Below are positions 21,335 through 31,407 of a stretch of DNA of 64,000 bases, one piece after another. Both the position numbers and the translations under genes were made by a program. The number at the start of each line of letters is the position of its first letter. Positions within the stretch are counted from its first letter, which is position 1. Source of the DNA: Propionibacteriaceae bacterium (GTDB taxonomy: Bacteria; Actinomycetota; Actinomycetes; Propionibacteriales; Propionibacteriaceae); assembly GCA_036524735.1 (NCBI GenBank), contig DATDBS010000075.1:9884-73883 (forward strand), given 5' to 3'. The notes under the pieces were generated by a model that saw only the letters and a program-made list of their open reading frames with translations, made no database searches and was not told where the DNA came from.

Positions 21335-23026
21335 TCAGAAGCGGGCGGGCTCCCGGTAGACGCCCCACTCGGCTCGCAGCAGATCGCAGATCTCGCCCAG
21401 GGTGGCCTCGACCCGGGCGGCGGCGAGCATGGGCGGCACGAGATTCCCGTCCGTGCGCGCCACCCGAGTCAGCTCGGCGAGAGCGGCGTCGACCGCCCCT
21501 TGGTCCCGCTGAGCCCGACGCTCGCCCAGAACCCGGCGCTGTTCGACCTCGACCTCATGGCTGACCCGGAGGATCTCCAGCTCACCGGTCACCGTGTCGG
21601 TGTGGGAGTTGACCCCGACGACGAGCTTGCCGTCCTTCTCCAGCTGGGTCTGGTACTGAAAGGCGGCCTCAGCGATCTGGCCGGTGAACCAACCGTCCTC
21701 GATGCCTCGGAGCAGACCCGAGGTGATCGGGCCGATCGCGTGGGTGGCCCCTGAGCCCCCACCCAGCTGCTCGATCTGGGCGAAGATGGCCTCCGCCTCG
21801 GCCTCCAGCTTGTCGGTCAGCGCCTCGACGTACCAGGATCCCCCGAGCGGGTCGATCACGTTGACCACCCCGGTCTCCTCGGCGAGTACCTGCTGGGTCC
21901 GCAGGGCGATCTCCGCCGCCTCCAGGCTGGGCAGGGCCAGGGTCTCGTCCAAGGCGTTGGTGTGCAACGAGTTGGTCCCGCCGAGGACGGCCGCCATGGC
22001 CTCGACAGCCGTACGGACGACGTTGTTGTACGGCTGCTGCGCGGTCAGCGAGACCCCGGCCGTCTGCGTGTGGAACCGCAGCGACTGGGCTCGGGCGGTG
22101 GTCGCCCCGAAGCGGTCGCGTAGCCAGCGAGCCCAGATCCGACGCGCCGCCCGGAACTTGGCGATCTCCTCGAAGAAGTCGATGTGCGCGTCGAAGAAGA
22201 AGCTCAATCCCGGCGCGAACCGGTCGATGTCCAGGCCACGGGAGAGCCCGAGCTCGACGTAGCCGAAGCCGTCGGCCAGGGTGAAGGCCAGCTCCTGCGC
22301 GGCCGTCGAGCCCGCCTCCCGGATGTGGTAGCCGGACACACTGAGGGGCTTGTACGCCGGCAGCTCGGCCCCGCAGAACTCCATCAGGTCACCGATCAGC
22401 CGCAGGTGCGGCTCGGGTCCGAACAGCCACTCCTTCTGGGCGATGTACTCCTTGAAGATGTCGGTCTGCAATGTGCCGTTGAGCTTGGCGATGTCCACGC
22501 CCTGGCGCTCCGCCGCCACCACGTACATGCAGAAGATCGGCACCGCCGGACCGGAGATGGTCATCGAGGTCGTCACGGACCCGAGGTCGATGCCGTCGAA
22601 GAGCACCTCCATGTCGGCCGCGGAGTCGATGGCCACCCCGCAGTGCCCCACCTCCCCCACGCTGATCGCGGCGTCGGAGTCGAAGCCCATCAGGGTCGGC
22701 ATGTCGAAAGCGACGCTGAGCCCGCCCCCGCCGGCCGCCAGGATCATCTTGTAGCGCTCGTTGGTGTCCGCGGCGTTCCCGAAGCCCGCGAACTGCCGGA
22801 TGGTCCAGGGTCGTCCCCGGTAGCCACTCGCGTGCAACCCGCGGGTGAAGGGGAACTCACCCGGCCAGCCGATCCGGTCCAGGCGCTCGTCGTCCGTTCC
22901 GGCCGGGGGGCCGTAGAGCGGGTCGACCTCGACGCCGGACACCGTGGTGAAGTCGGCGTCGCGTACGGCGGCTCGGTCGAAAGCGGCCTGCCAGCGCGCG
23001 CGACCGTCAGCGGCATCGTTGTCCAT
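21335..23026 (-). CDS. icmA: AdoCbl-dependent acyl-CoA mutase large subunit, isobutyryl-CoA mutase type
   Basis: PGEFPFTRG, TIRQFAGFG (Phe), KEYIAQKEW (Gln), SGYHIREAGS, FHTQTAGVSL; no B12-binding DxHxxG domain. Confidence 0.8.
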   Translation of the reverse strand: MDNDAADGRARWQAAFDRAAVRDADFTTVSGVEVDPLYGPPAGTDDERLDRIGWPGEFPFTRGLHASGYRGRPWTIRQFAGFGNAADTNERYKMILAAGGGGLSVAFDMPTLMGFDSDAAISVGEVGHCGVAIDSAADMEVLFDGIDLGSVTTSMTISGPAVPIFCMYVVAAERQGVDIAKLNGTLQTDIFKEYIAQKEWLFGPEPHLRLIGDLMEFCGAELPAYKPLSVSGYHIREAGSTAAQELAFTLADGFGYVELGLSRGLDIDRFAPGLSFFFDAHIDFFEEIAKFRAARRIWARWLRDRFGATTARAQSLRFHTQTAGVSLTAQQPYNNVVRTAVEAMAAVLGGTNSLHTNALDETLALPSLEAAEIALRTQQVLAEETGVVNVIDPLGGSWYVEALTDKLEAEAEAIFAQIEQLGGGSGATHAIGPITSGLLRGIEDGWFTGQIAEAAFQYQTQLEKDGKLVVGVNSHTDTVTGELEILRVSHEVEVEQRRVLGERRAQRDQGAVDAALAELTRVARTDGNLVPPMLAAARVEATLGEICDLLRAEWGVYREPARF

Positions 23027-23058
23027 CGGACCTCCTGGCTCGATGGTAGGACGTCGCC

Positions 23059-23589
23059 TCAGAAGTCGCCGGCCGCCTCACGCGGTTGGACCAGGAGACC
23101 GGTGAGCCGGTCGCAGTCGTCCTCACTCATCGAGCCGAGCGCGAAGCGGGCGCCGACGATCGCCGCGGTCGCCTGCTCCATCACCTCGCGGCCTTTTGGG
23201 GTGATCGAGGCCAGTACGGCGCGGCCGTCCTCGGGGTGCGGCGTACGCGTGATCAACTCGGCAGCCTCGAGGCGCTTGACCAGCGGGGTCACCGAGGTGG
23301 CGTGCACCTGCAGCCGCTCCCCGATCTTGCCGAGCGGGAGCGCCCCCCGTCGGGAAAAGGACAGCAGGACGAGCACCTCGTAGCGGGCGAACGTCACCCC
23401 CAGCGGCCGGAGCAGCTCGTCGAGCTCGGTGAGCACGAGCTGGTGCACCCGCATCAACGACGTGACGGCGCGCATCCGGGGGGTCTCGGACCAGTGAGTG
23501 GACCAGAGTCGCGCCGCTTCCTCGACCGGGTCGAAGGCCAGGCTGGGACGCTGCGCGGCTGGGCTGGCCGCGATCTCGTCGGCGCTCAC
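23059..23589 (-). CDS. MarR-family transcriptional regulator
   Basis: LTELDELLRPLGVTFARYEVL...RLQVHATSVT..VKRLE...HPEDGRAVLASITPKG. Confidence 0.9.
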   Translation of the reverse strand: MSADEIAASPAAQRPSLAFDPVEEAARLWSTHWSETPRMRAVTSLMRVHQLVLTELDELLRPLGVTFARYEVLVLLSFSRRGALPLGKIGERLQVHATSVTPLVKRLEAAELITRTPHPEDGRAVLASITPKGREVMEQATAAIVGARFALGSMSEDDCDRLTGLLVQPREAAGDF

Positions 23590-24122
23590 GTGCCGTCGTC
23601 CAGCTGCGGGGCGGTCGCGCGCAGACCCGCCCGCTGCATGGTCTGCTGCAGGATCCGGTCGCGGGCGTCGATCTCACGCACGAAGCTGACCGTGCTCAGA
23701 CCCTGCACCTGGGCGGCCGACTCGAACACGAAGTGGCCGTAGTTGAAGATCCGGCCGATCAGCGGCTTCTTGACGGTGATGTCCAGGATCCGACCCAGCG
23801 GCACGCTCGCCCGCTGCACGGAGAAGGTCCCGTGCACCCGGAAGACCCGTTGGTTGGTGATCACGAACCGGTCCCGGAACTCGTCGACGATCTTCCACAG
23901 CGCTTGCCCGCCGAGGACGAGGGCGCCCACGAAGAAGATCCAGAACAGCGGCGACGGGAAGGCCCAGGAGCTGATGAACAACGGGATGGCGACAGCGAGC
24001 CGCAGCCACCCGAAGACGCTGGCCATCCAGTGCTTGTGGATCTCCAGCACGATGTACTCGTCGTCGGTCAGCAGCAGATAGCGGTTGACGCGAGGGTCGA
24101 GCCACGCGACCAGACCCGGCAC
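23586..24122 (-). CDS. Membrane protein with a bacterial PH (bPH_2) domain
   Basis: Two TM helices, then DRFVITNQRVFRVHG...GRIFNYGHFVFESA. Start GTG 24122 chosen because it abuts the upstream small gene. Confidence 0.8.
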   Translation of the reverse strand: MPGLVAWLDPRVNRYLLLTDDEYIVLEIHKHWMASVFGWLRLAVAIPLFISSWAFPSPLFWIFFVGALVLGGQALWKIVDEFRDRFVITNQRVFRVHGTFSVQRASVPLGRILDITVKKPLIGRIFNYGHFVFESAAQVQGLSTVSFVREIDARDRILQQTMQRAGLRATAPQLDDGT

Positions 24123-24124
24123 GA

Positions 24125-24289
24125 CTAGCCAGCCAGGGAGGTGAAGAACGTCAGGATCGACTGGAAGGCCCGAGCCAGCGCACCGAACACCGTGCGCACC
24201 GCGGCGGCCGCACCCTCCGGCTGCTGCACGAGGTAGAAGAGGCAGAAGCCGACGACAAGGACCAGGAGAAGTCTCTTGACGAACTTCAT
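24125..24289 (-). CDS. Small membrane protein (54 aa)
   Basis: MKFVKRLLLVLVVGFCLFYLVQQPEGAAAAV...; amphipathic tail; tightly packed against the PH-domain gene. Confidence 0.7.
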   Translation of the reverse strand: MKFVKRLLLVLVVGFCLFYLVQQPEGAAAAVRTVFGALARAFQSILTFFTSLAG

Positions 24290-24430
24290 GTCGGACGACC
24301 CACTTTCCTTGCAACCCCGAGATGTACGCGACCGCAGCAGCAAGCGCCGCCCAGCCTGGACGTCTCATTTCTACCCCATCGGGGGCCGATCCCGACCGAG
24401 CCACGCCGACCTCAGAGCGGGTTTTGGCGC

Positions 24431-25384
24431 TCAGAGCTGAGCCAGCAACCGGTCCGCGGCGGCGTACGGATCGAGCTCCCCGGCACTGACCCGTTCGGCC
24501 AGCGCGTCGAGCCCGGCCCGTCCGCCGAGACTGAACTCCGAGCGCAACCGGGCGAGCGCCAGGCTCTCGACCTCTCGGCGAGCCCGGGCGACCCGACGAC
24601 GGACGCCCTGCCCGGTGGTCGCCTGGGACTGCCGGAAGGCGGCCACCTCGACCAGCAGCTCCTCGATGCCATGCCCCTCGTGGGCCACCGTGGAGACGAT
24701 GGGCGGTTTCCAGTCCTGAGGCCCCCGGGTGCCCAGACCGATCATCATCCGTAGCTCGCTGACCAGCGGTTGCGCGCCGTCCCGGTCGCTCTTGTTGACC
24801 ACGAAGATATCGCCGATCTCCAAGATCCCGGCCTTGGCCGCCTGGATGCCGTCACCCATGCCGGGGGCCAGCAGCACCAGGGTCGTGTCGGCCGTACCGG
24901 CGATCTCCACCTCGGACTGACCGACCCCCACGGTCTCGACGATCACCGTGTCCACCCCCGCGGCGTCGAACACGCGCAACGCCTGGGGCGCCGCCACGGC
25001 CAGGCCACCCAGATGTCCCCGCGTGGCCATCGACCTGATGAAGACGCCGGGGTCGAGCGCGTGCTGCTGCATCCGGACCCGGTCTCCCAGCAGCGCTCCG
25101 CCCGAGAACGGCGAGCTGGGGTCGACGGCGAGCACCGCCACCCGCTCGCCTCGTTGTCGCAGGGCCGTGACCAATGCGGTGGTCGTCGTGGACTTGCCGA
25201 CCCCGGGTGACCCGGTCAGGCCGATGATGTGCGCATGACCCGTGTCGCGCGCGAGCTCGCGCATGATCGTGGGCAATGCCGCCGAGCTGTTCTCGACCAG
25301 GGTGATCACCCGGCCGACGGAGCGAGCGTCACCGGCGCGTACGCCCCGGAGCAGGTGTTCGAGGTCGACCGGTTGGCGGGCCAC
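24431..25384 (-). CDS. meaB: Acyl-CoA mutase-associated G3E GTPase
   Basis: GLTGSPGVGKST, AVDPSSPFSGGALLGDRVRM, VETVGVGQSE, VVNKSD. Confidence 0.93.
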   Translation of the reverse strand: MARQPVDLEHLLRGVRAGDARSVGRVITLVENSSAALPTIMRELARDTGHAHIIGLTGSPGVGKSTTTTALVTALRQRGERVAVLAVDPSSPFSGGALLGDRVRMQQHALDPGVFIRSMATRGHLGGLAVAAPQALRVFDAAGVDTVIVETVGVGQSEVEIAGTADTTLVLLAPGMGDGIQAAKAGILEIGDIFVVNKSDRDGAQPLVSELRMMIGLGTRGPQDWKPPIVSTVAHEGHGIEELLVEVAAFRQSQATTGQGVRRRVARARREVESLALARLRSEFSLGGRAGLDALAERVSAGELDPYAAADRLLAQL

Positions 25385-25389
25385 GCGGC

Positions 25390-26589
25390 TCAGCGTGTCG
25401 GAGCGGTCAGGATGAGGGCGTCACCCTGGCCACCACCACCGCACAGGGACGCGACGCCGGTCCCGCCGCCCCGGCGCTGCAGTTCGAGCGCCAGACTCAG
25501 CACCAACCTCGCCCCGGATGCCCCGATGGGGTGCCCGAGGGCGATCGCTCCACCGTTGACGTTGACCCGGGCGTCGGTCTCGGCAGCGCTGAGTCCCAGC
25601 GACCGCGCGCTCGCCACGCCCACGGCGGCGAAGGCTTCGTTGATCTCGATCAGGTCGAGGTCGCTGACATCGAGCCGCTCCTTCGTGCACGCAGCTCGGA
25701 TCGCGTTGGCCGGTCGCAGCTGCAACGACGAGTCGGGCCCGGCCACACAGCCGTACGCACCGATCTCGGCGATGACGCTGAGACCGAGGCGCTCCGCCGC
25801 CTCCCGGCTGGCGACGACCAGTGCCGCGGCCCCGTCCGAGATCGGGCTGGCCGAGCCCGCGGTGATCGTGCCGCCCGCGCCGAACGCCGGCCGTAGCCCG
25901 CCCAGGGACTCTGCGGTCACCCCGTCCCGGATCCCCTCGTCTGCGGAGACCACGAGGTCGTCGCCGCGGCGCTGCGCGATGCGGACCGGAGTGATCTCTT
26001 CGCCGAGCCGGCCGGCCTGGGCGGCGGCCGACGCGAGCTGGTGCGAACGGGCGGCGAAGGCGTCCTGGTCCTGACGGCTGACCGACTGGTCGTCGACGTT
26101 GATGCCCTCGGTGAGCGAGCCCATCGCCTGGTCGGTGAAGACGTCCCACAGACCGTCGTACGCCAGGTGGTCGAGGAGCTGGACATCTCCGTACTTGAAC
26201 CCGCTGCGTGACCCCGGCAGCAGGTGCGGAGCCTGCGTCATCGACTCCATCCCACCCGCGACGACGATGTCGCACTCGCCGGCCCGGATCAGCTGGTCGG
26301 CCAGGGCCACGGCAGCCAGACCGGACAGGCAGACCTTGTTGATGGTCAGCGCGGGGACATCCATCCCGATGCCGCCCTTGACCGCCGCCTGACGCGCGGG
26401 GATCTGACCGGCTCCGGCGGTGAGCACCTGGCCCATCACCACGTAGTCCACCTCCGCCGGGTCGAGCTGAGCCCGAGCGAGCGCGGCCGCGATGGCCACG
26501 CCACCCAGATCGGTGGCCGACAGGGTCTTCAACCCACCGAGCAGCTTGCCGATCGGGGTGCGTGCGCCCCCCACGATGACCGAGCCCAT
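25390..26589 (-). CDS. Acetyl-CoA C-acetyltransferase (thiolase)
   Basis: [48 protein letters not shown] 26589 follows GGAGGAGG. Confidence 0.95.
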   Translation of the reverse strand: MGSVIVGGARTPIGKLLGGLKTLSATDLGGVAIAAALARAQLDPAEVDYVVMGQVLTAGAGQIPARQAAVKGGIGMDVPALTINKVCLSGLAAVALADQLIRAGECDIVVAGGMESMTQAPHLLPGSRSGFKYGDVQLLDHLAYDGLWDVFTDQAMGSLTEGINVDDQSVSRQDQDAFAARSHQLASAAAQAGRLGEEITPVRIAQRRGDDLVVSADEGIRDGVTAESLGGLRPAFGAGGTITAGSASPISDGAAALVVASREAAERLGLSVIAEIGAYGCVAGPDSSLQLRPANAIRAACTKERLDVSDLDLIEINEAFAAVGVASARSLGLSAAETDARVNVNGGAIALGHPIGASGARLVLSLALELQRRGGGTGVASLCGGGGQGDALILTAPTR

Positions 26590-26689
26590 GCCGTACGTCC
26601 TCCTCCGCGCCCGCAGCGCCGCAGTCTGGGTCCTCATCCAGGGCTGAGGACCGTCGTGTTTCGAGGGTCAGTCTGGCACCCTGGACCAC

Positions 26690-27130
26690 ATGTCGTCGGA
26701 GGTGCCGGGCCTGCTCGCCGTGGATCACGTGGGCCTTGCCGTGCCCGACCTGGAGGCGGCGATCGCGTTTCACATCGACGTGCTCGGCCTCGTCCTGGTG
26801 CACCGCGAGGACAACGCAAGCCAGGGGGTCAGCGAGGCGATGATGGCGGTCCCAGGCGCCGAAGCGTCCGCGACGCAGATCCAGCTGCTCGCGCCGCTGG
26901 GCGAGACCTCCCCGCTACACCGCTTCCTGGACCGCTCCGGACCGGGCATCCAGCAGCTCGCCTACCGGGTCACAGACATCGAGGTGGCATCTCGCGCTTT
27001 CCAGAATCGAGGCTTGAGGCTGCTCTATGATTCTCCGAGAGTCGGTACGCGTGGCTCCCTGATCAATTTCGTCCACCCCAAAGACGCCGGCGGTGTCTTG
27101 ATCGAGCTGGTCGGACCTGCCCCGTCCTGA
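26690..27130 (+). CDS. mce: Methylmalonyl-CoA epimerase
   Basis: DHVGLAVPDL, QGVSEAM, IQLLAPL, GPGIQQLAYRV, INFVHPKDAGGVLIELV. Confidence 0.93.
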   Translation: MSSEVPGLLAVDHVGLAVPDLEAAIAFHIDVLGLVLVHREDNASQGVSEAMMAVPGAEASATQIQLLAPLGETSPLHRFLDRSGPGIQQLAYRVTDIEVASRAFQNRGLRLLYDSPRVGTRGSLINFVHPKDAGGVLIELVGPAPS

Positions 27131-27213
27131 ACGGGCGTGAGGGGAAGACCACGCCACTTGCTCCTGGGGCAGGACAAATTGATGCGGAACGAAGTTCGGG
27201 AGGACTTGCGGAA

Positions 27214-28581
27214 ATGAGCTCAGCTGACAACACGGGCCTGGGTCTGTTCGACGACACGGCCAGCGCGGCGGGGAACTTCCCTGCGGCGCTGCGCGGCTAC
27301 GACCGGCAGGCCGTGGACGACTACGTACGCACGCTGGAGTCCAGCGTCGTCCAGTCACGCCGCCACGCCGCGCAGCTCCAGCAACAGGTCAGCACGCTGC
27401 AGGACCAGCTGACCGACAGCCAGGGCAAGGAAACACCCCCCGAGGACGTGGACTACTCCAACCTCGGTGGCCGGGCCAACGACATCCTCCGGCTGGCCCA
27501 GGAGCAGGCTCGGGACCTGACCGAGAACGCCACCGTCGAGGCCGAGAAGATCAAGGAGCAAGCGCGCCGCGAAGGCGATCAGCTCCGGCAGAACGCTGCG
27601 CGCGACGGCGACTCCATCAAGTCCGGCGGCATCGCGCAGATCGACCAGCTCCGGTCGCAGCTCGCGGTCGACGTCCAGGGTGAGGTCGCCAAGGCCAAGG
27701 CGGAGGCCGAGGCGCTGGTGGCGGCCGCTCGCCGTGAGGGTGAGGCGCTGCGCCGACAGAGCGAGCACGAGGCGCAGACGGTCCGCCAGAACGCCTACCT
27801 CGACACCGAGAACCTGCGGCGCTCGGTCGAGCGCGAGGTCGCCGACGCCCGGCAGGGAATTGCCGCGGAGCGTGAGGCGGCGCTGGCGCAGCTCAAGGCC
27901 ACGCACGACGAGGCCAACGAGCAGACGGCGGCCCTGCTGGCCGAGGCCACCCAGCACCACGGCGAGTCCTCCCGCCGGCTCGAGACCGACATCGCCGAGG
28001 CAGCCCGGATCCGGTCCGATGCCATGGCCGAGGCCGAGCAGCTCAAGCTCTCGGCCGTCCAGGAGTCCGAGGACCGGATCGCGACGGCCAAGAAGCAGGC
28101 GACGGCCATCAGCGAGCGCACCCAGCAGGAGTTCGCCTGGCGCAAGCAGCAGCTGCGCCGCGAGACCGAGCTCCTGTCGCAGCGCAAGCAGGCCGTGCTG
28201 AGCCAGCTGGCCAGCCTGTCCGCCCTCGCTGAGCAGACCGCTCACGCCTTCCCCGACATCGACGACCCCAACGATCTCGACGCCGAGACCGGCCAGACCG
28301 ATGAGATCAGCGAGACCGGCGATGTCGACGAGACCGGCGATATCGACGAGACCGGCGAGCAGACGGTTCTTCGTCCGGTCGACGCCGCGCCGGCGGCCCC
28401 GAGCGATCCCCCGGCCGGGCACCCGGTCGAGAACCCGGTGGACGCCGAGTCCGGTCCGGAGCAGGCCGAACCCGAGTCGAGCCATCAGGACCTGGAGGTC
28501 GACGGCGACGCCACCGTGCTCGTGGCGCCGGGCGATCTGCCCGCCGGCACCGAACACCTGTCGAGCCCGAAGGACAGGTAG
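27214..28581 (+). CDS. DivIVA-domain coiled-coil protein (FilP/Scy-like, paralog 1)
   Basis: FPAALRGYDRQAVDDYV, YSNLGGRANDILRLAQEQA, a long Ala/Glu/Gln coiled coil and an acidic tail. Confidence 0.85.
   Translation: MSSADNTGLGLFDDTASAAGNFPAALRGYDRQAVDDYVRTLESSVVQSRRHAAQLQQQVSTLQDQLTDSQGKETPPEDVDYSNLGGRANDILRLAQEQARDLTENATVEAEKIKEQARREGDQLRQNAARDGDSIKSGGIAQIDQLRSQLAVDVQGEVAKAKAEAEALVAAARREGEALRRQSEHEAQTVRQNAYLDTENLRRSVEREVADARQGIAAEREAALAQLKATHDEANEQTAALLAEATQHHGESSRRLETDIAEAARIRSDAMAEAEQLKLSAVQESEDRIATAKKQATAISERTQQEFAWRKQQLRRETELLSQRKQAVLSQLASLSALAEQTAHAFPDIDDPNDLDAETGQTDEISETGDVDETGDIDETGEQTVLRPVDAAPAAPSDPPAGHPVENPVDAESGPEQAEPESSHQDLEVDGDATVLVAPGDLPAGTEHLSSPKDR
28312..28358 (+). repeat. 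In-frame 18-bp tandem repeat encoding ETGD[VI]D
   Basis: gagaccggcgatgtcgac / gagaccggcgatatcgac / gagaccggcga. Confidence 0.8.
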
Positions 28582-28607
28582 GCCCCGGTCGAACCACCGC
28601 TCGTCCG

Positions 28608-28653
28608 ACGCCGGACGGCGTACGCATCACCGCGTACGCCGTCCGGCGTTTTT
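28608..28653 (+). terminator. Intrinsic terminator
   Basis: Perfect 18-bp stem acgccggacggcgtacgc / gcgtacgccgtccggcgt, 6-nt loop, followed by a T run. Confidence 0.85.
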
Positions 28654-28668
28654 GCTCGGCTGCTCGAC

Positions 28669-28750
28669 GCGTTTCGCACCCACTGGCGCGAAACGCACCC
28701 GATCAAGGGCCAGTTCCGGCCCGTCTGGCCCCCACTGGCGCGAAACGCAC
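28669..28750. repeat. REP-like hairpin plus 20-bp direct repeat
   Basis: Hairpin gcgtttcgc...gcgaaacgc at 28669-28696; cccactggcgcgaaacgcac at 28679-28698 and 28731-28750. Confidence 0.7.
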
Positions 28751-29056
28751 AACGGTCCTCAAACGGGTCCAGGACAACCCCGCCAGATAGCGCACATTTG
28801 GTCGTTATCAAGGTGATATACACCGGTGCATCAATGGCATACGAGCCCCACACCGATAACGATGCCGACGGGTTTTCACAGCAGCAGCCAACGGCCGAAC
28901 TGGTGACCGAAACAAGGTCAGCTTTGCGTTAATGTAATGGCGCATCGATGTCGCTGCGTGTCCGCAGCGGTGATGGGCACAAGCGGCGAGGAAATACCGC
29001 GCAGGTCAACGGCGCCGCAGCCAGAACTATTCGTCGTAGACCAGGTGGGGGCCCCA

Positions 29057-31369
29057 ATGCTGACTCTTCTGGCCCAGTTCGCGTGGCGCCGATCACGCTG
29101 GCTGCTGATCGCGGCGGGACTTGCCCTGGCCGCCTTCGGCTTCTGGGGGTTCCAGGCCTTCCCCGCCCTGATCTCCGGCGGATTCGATGACCCCGGGGCC
29201 GAGGCGACCCGCGCCGCTCAGGTCATCGACGCAAAGTTCGGCGGACCCGACAACATCGCGATCGTGGTCAACGCCCCATCGGGCTCGACGGTGGACGACG
29301 CCGTCGGCCAGCGGGTCGGCGTTGACGTCACCAAGCGGGTCGCGGACACCCCCGGGGTGACCGACGTCGTCTCCTACTTCGGCACCCAAGCACCGTCGCT
29401 GCGCAGTACCGACGGTCGCCAGGCCCTGATCGTGGCCAAGGCCCCAGGTGGGGACACGCAGGCCACCGCGACCCTCGAGCAGCTCCGTGACCACGTGTCG
29501 GGGACCACCGACGCTACGACGGTCTGGGTGGGCGGGGGCGCGGTCACCGGGGACGACATCGGCGGTCAGGTGCTGACCGACCTCGGACGTGCCGAGGCGA
29601 TCGCGGTACCCATCACCCTGCTGCTCCTGCTGTTCGTGTTCGGCAGCGTGATGGCGGCCCTGCTGCCGCTGGCCATCGGCGCCTTCTCCGTCTTCGGGGC
29701 CTTCTTCGCCATCTTCGTCATCACCAAGTTCGCCGACGTCTCGATCTTCTCGATCAACCTGATCACCGGCCTCGGCCTGGGTCTGGCGATCGACTACTCG
29801 CTGCTGATCGTCAGCCGCTTCCGGGAAGAGCTCGGGCGTACGGCTGACCAGGCCCAGCCCCGCGGTACCCCGGCCGAGCGGGAGCGGGTCCGGGTCGCAC
29901 TCACCACGACGATGCAGACGGCCGGCCGTACGGTCTTGTTCACGGGTCTGGCCGTCAGCCTCGCCCTCCTCGTGCTGCTGGTCTTCCCGATTCCGTTCCT
30001 CCGCTCCTTCGGCTACGGCGGGGTCGCGGTGGTGGTCGTGTCCGTCCTCGGGGCCCTGTTCGTGCTCCCGGCCCTGCTGGCGGCCCTCGGCACCCGGGTG
30101 GACGCCGGCCGCATCCGCCGCGGCCGCCCGGTCCGACCCGCCTCGGCTCGCTCGCCCTTCTGGTACGGCCTGGCCAGCGGTGTCCTCCGTCGCCCGTGGC
30201 TCGCCCTGCCGGTGCTGGCCCTGATGGCCCTGATGGCGTGGCCGCTGACCGGTGCGACCTTCGGTTCCCCGGACGAGCGGGTGCTCAACACCCAGGCCGA
30301 GAGCCGGCTGGTGGGCAACGCCCTCCGAGCGAACTTCCCGGGTAGCACCAGCTCCACCCCCGAAGCTCTGATCACCGGTACGCCGACCGTCGCCGCCCTC
30401 GAGGCCTACGTAGCGACCATCTCCCGGCTGCCGCACGTCGACGCCGCCCAGTCCTCGGCCGGCATCTACGTGAAAGGCGACCAGGTCGCCCCCGCCCCCT
30501 CGGGGTTGGTCGCCGGCAACGTCTCGCGGGTGACGGTGACCGGCCCCAAGGACGCCGCGTCGACGACCGCCAAGGCGATGGTCACCGATATGCGGGCGGT
30601 CCCGGTTCCGGCCGGCACCACCGTGCTGGTCGGCGGCGAATCCGCTCAGCTGGTCGACAATCAAAAGGCCCTGGTCGACCGGTTGCCGCTTGCGGCCGCC
30701 CTCATCGTGGCCACGACCCTGCTGCTGGTCTTCCTGTTCACCGGCAGCGTGCTGCTGCCCATCAAGGCCGTGCTGATGAATGTGGTCACCCTCGGTGCGG
30801 TCATCGGGGCGATGACCTGGATCTTCCAGGAAGGCCATCTGTCCGGCCTGCTCCGCTTCAGCAAGGGGCCGATCGACACCTCGATGCCCATTCTGCTGTT
30901 CTGCATCGCCTTCGGCCTCTCGATGGACTACGAGCTGTTCCTGATCGCCCGGATCAAGGAGTTCCACGACCACGGGGGCAGCCTGCAGGAGTCGGTCGCG
31001 GGTGGCCTGGCTTCGACCGGACGGATCACCACCATGGCCGCGGCGGTGCTCGCCGTCACCTTCGCCGCCTTCGGCACCAGTCGGGTGACCTTCATCCAGC
31101 TGTTCGGCATCGGGACCGGACTCGCCATCTTGATGGACGCGACGCTGGTCCGCGGCATCCTGGTCCCGGCGTTCATGCGGATCGCGGGTCCGGCCAACTG
31201 GTGGGCCCCCCGTCCGCTGCGGGCGCTGCACCGGGTGATCGGGCTGCAGGAGGCCTCTCCGGCACCACTGCCGGCGGGTCCGGCGCCCGTCAGCCCGCCC
31301 GGGCGGCGGCGGGCCCACACCCGGGAGGACTACCGGAACGCGCGACCGCGCCGCGCCCTGGTCGAGTGA
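29057..31369 (+). CDS. MMPL-family (RND-type) lipid/metabolite transporter
   Basis: GGFDDPGAE, GLGLAIDYSLLIVSRFREE, TAGRTVLF, FGLSMDYELFLIARIKE, DATLVRGILVPA, NWWAP. Start ATG 29057. Confidence 0.92.
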   Translation: MLTLLAQFAWRRSRWLLIAAGLALAAFGFWGFQAFPALISGGFDDPGAEATRAAQVIDAKFGGPDNIAIVVNAPSGSTVDDAVGQRVGVDVTKRVADTPGVTDVVSYFGTQAPSLRSTDGRQALIVAKAPGGDTQATATLEQLRDHVSGTTDATTVWVGGGAVTGDDIGGQVLTDLGRAEAIAVPITLLLLLFVFGSVMAALLPLAIGAFSVFGAFFAIFVITKFADVSIFSINLITGLGLGLAIDYSLLIVSRFREELGRTADQAQPRGTPAERERVRVALTTTMQTAGRTVLFTGLAVSLALLVLLVFPIPFLRSFGYGGVAVVVVSVLGALFVLPALLAALGTRVDAGRIRRGRPVRPASARSPFWYGLASGVLRRPWLALPVLALMALMAWPLTGATFGSPDERVLNTQAESRLVGNALRANFPGSTSSTPEALITGTPTVAALEAYVATISRLPHVDAAQSSAGIYVKGDQVAPAPSGLVAGNVSRVTVTGPKDAASTTAKAMVTDMRAVPVPAGTTVLVGGESAQLVDNQKALVDRLPLAAALIVATTLLLVFLFTGSVLLPIKAVLMNVVTLGAVIGAMTWIFQEGHLSGLLRFSKGPIDTSMPILLFCIAFGLSMDYELFLIARIKEFHDHGGSLQESVAGGLASTGRITTMAAAVLAVTFAAFGTSRVTFIQLFGIGTGLAILMDATLVRGILVPAFMRIAGPANWWAPRPLRALHRVIGLQEASPAPLPAGPAPVSPPGRRRAHTREDYRNARPRRALVE

Positions 31370-31407
31370 GCGGGCTGGTCGTGCGATCCGTGCCGCGCGG
31401 CCCGGGT

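Noticed and set aside
23027-23058. Cobalamin riboswitch near icmA or the adenosyltransferase
   Set aside because: The intergenic spaces are too short and contain no B12-box.
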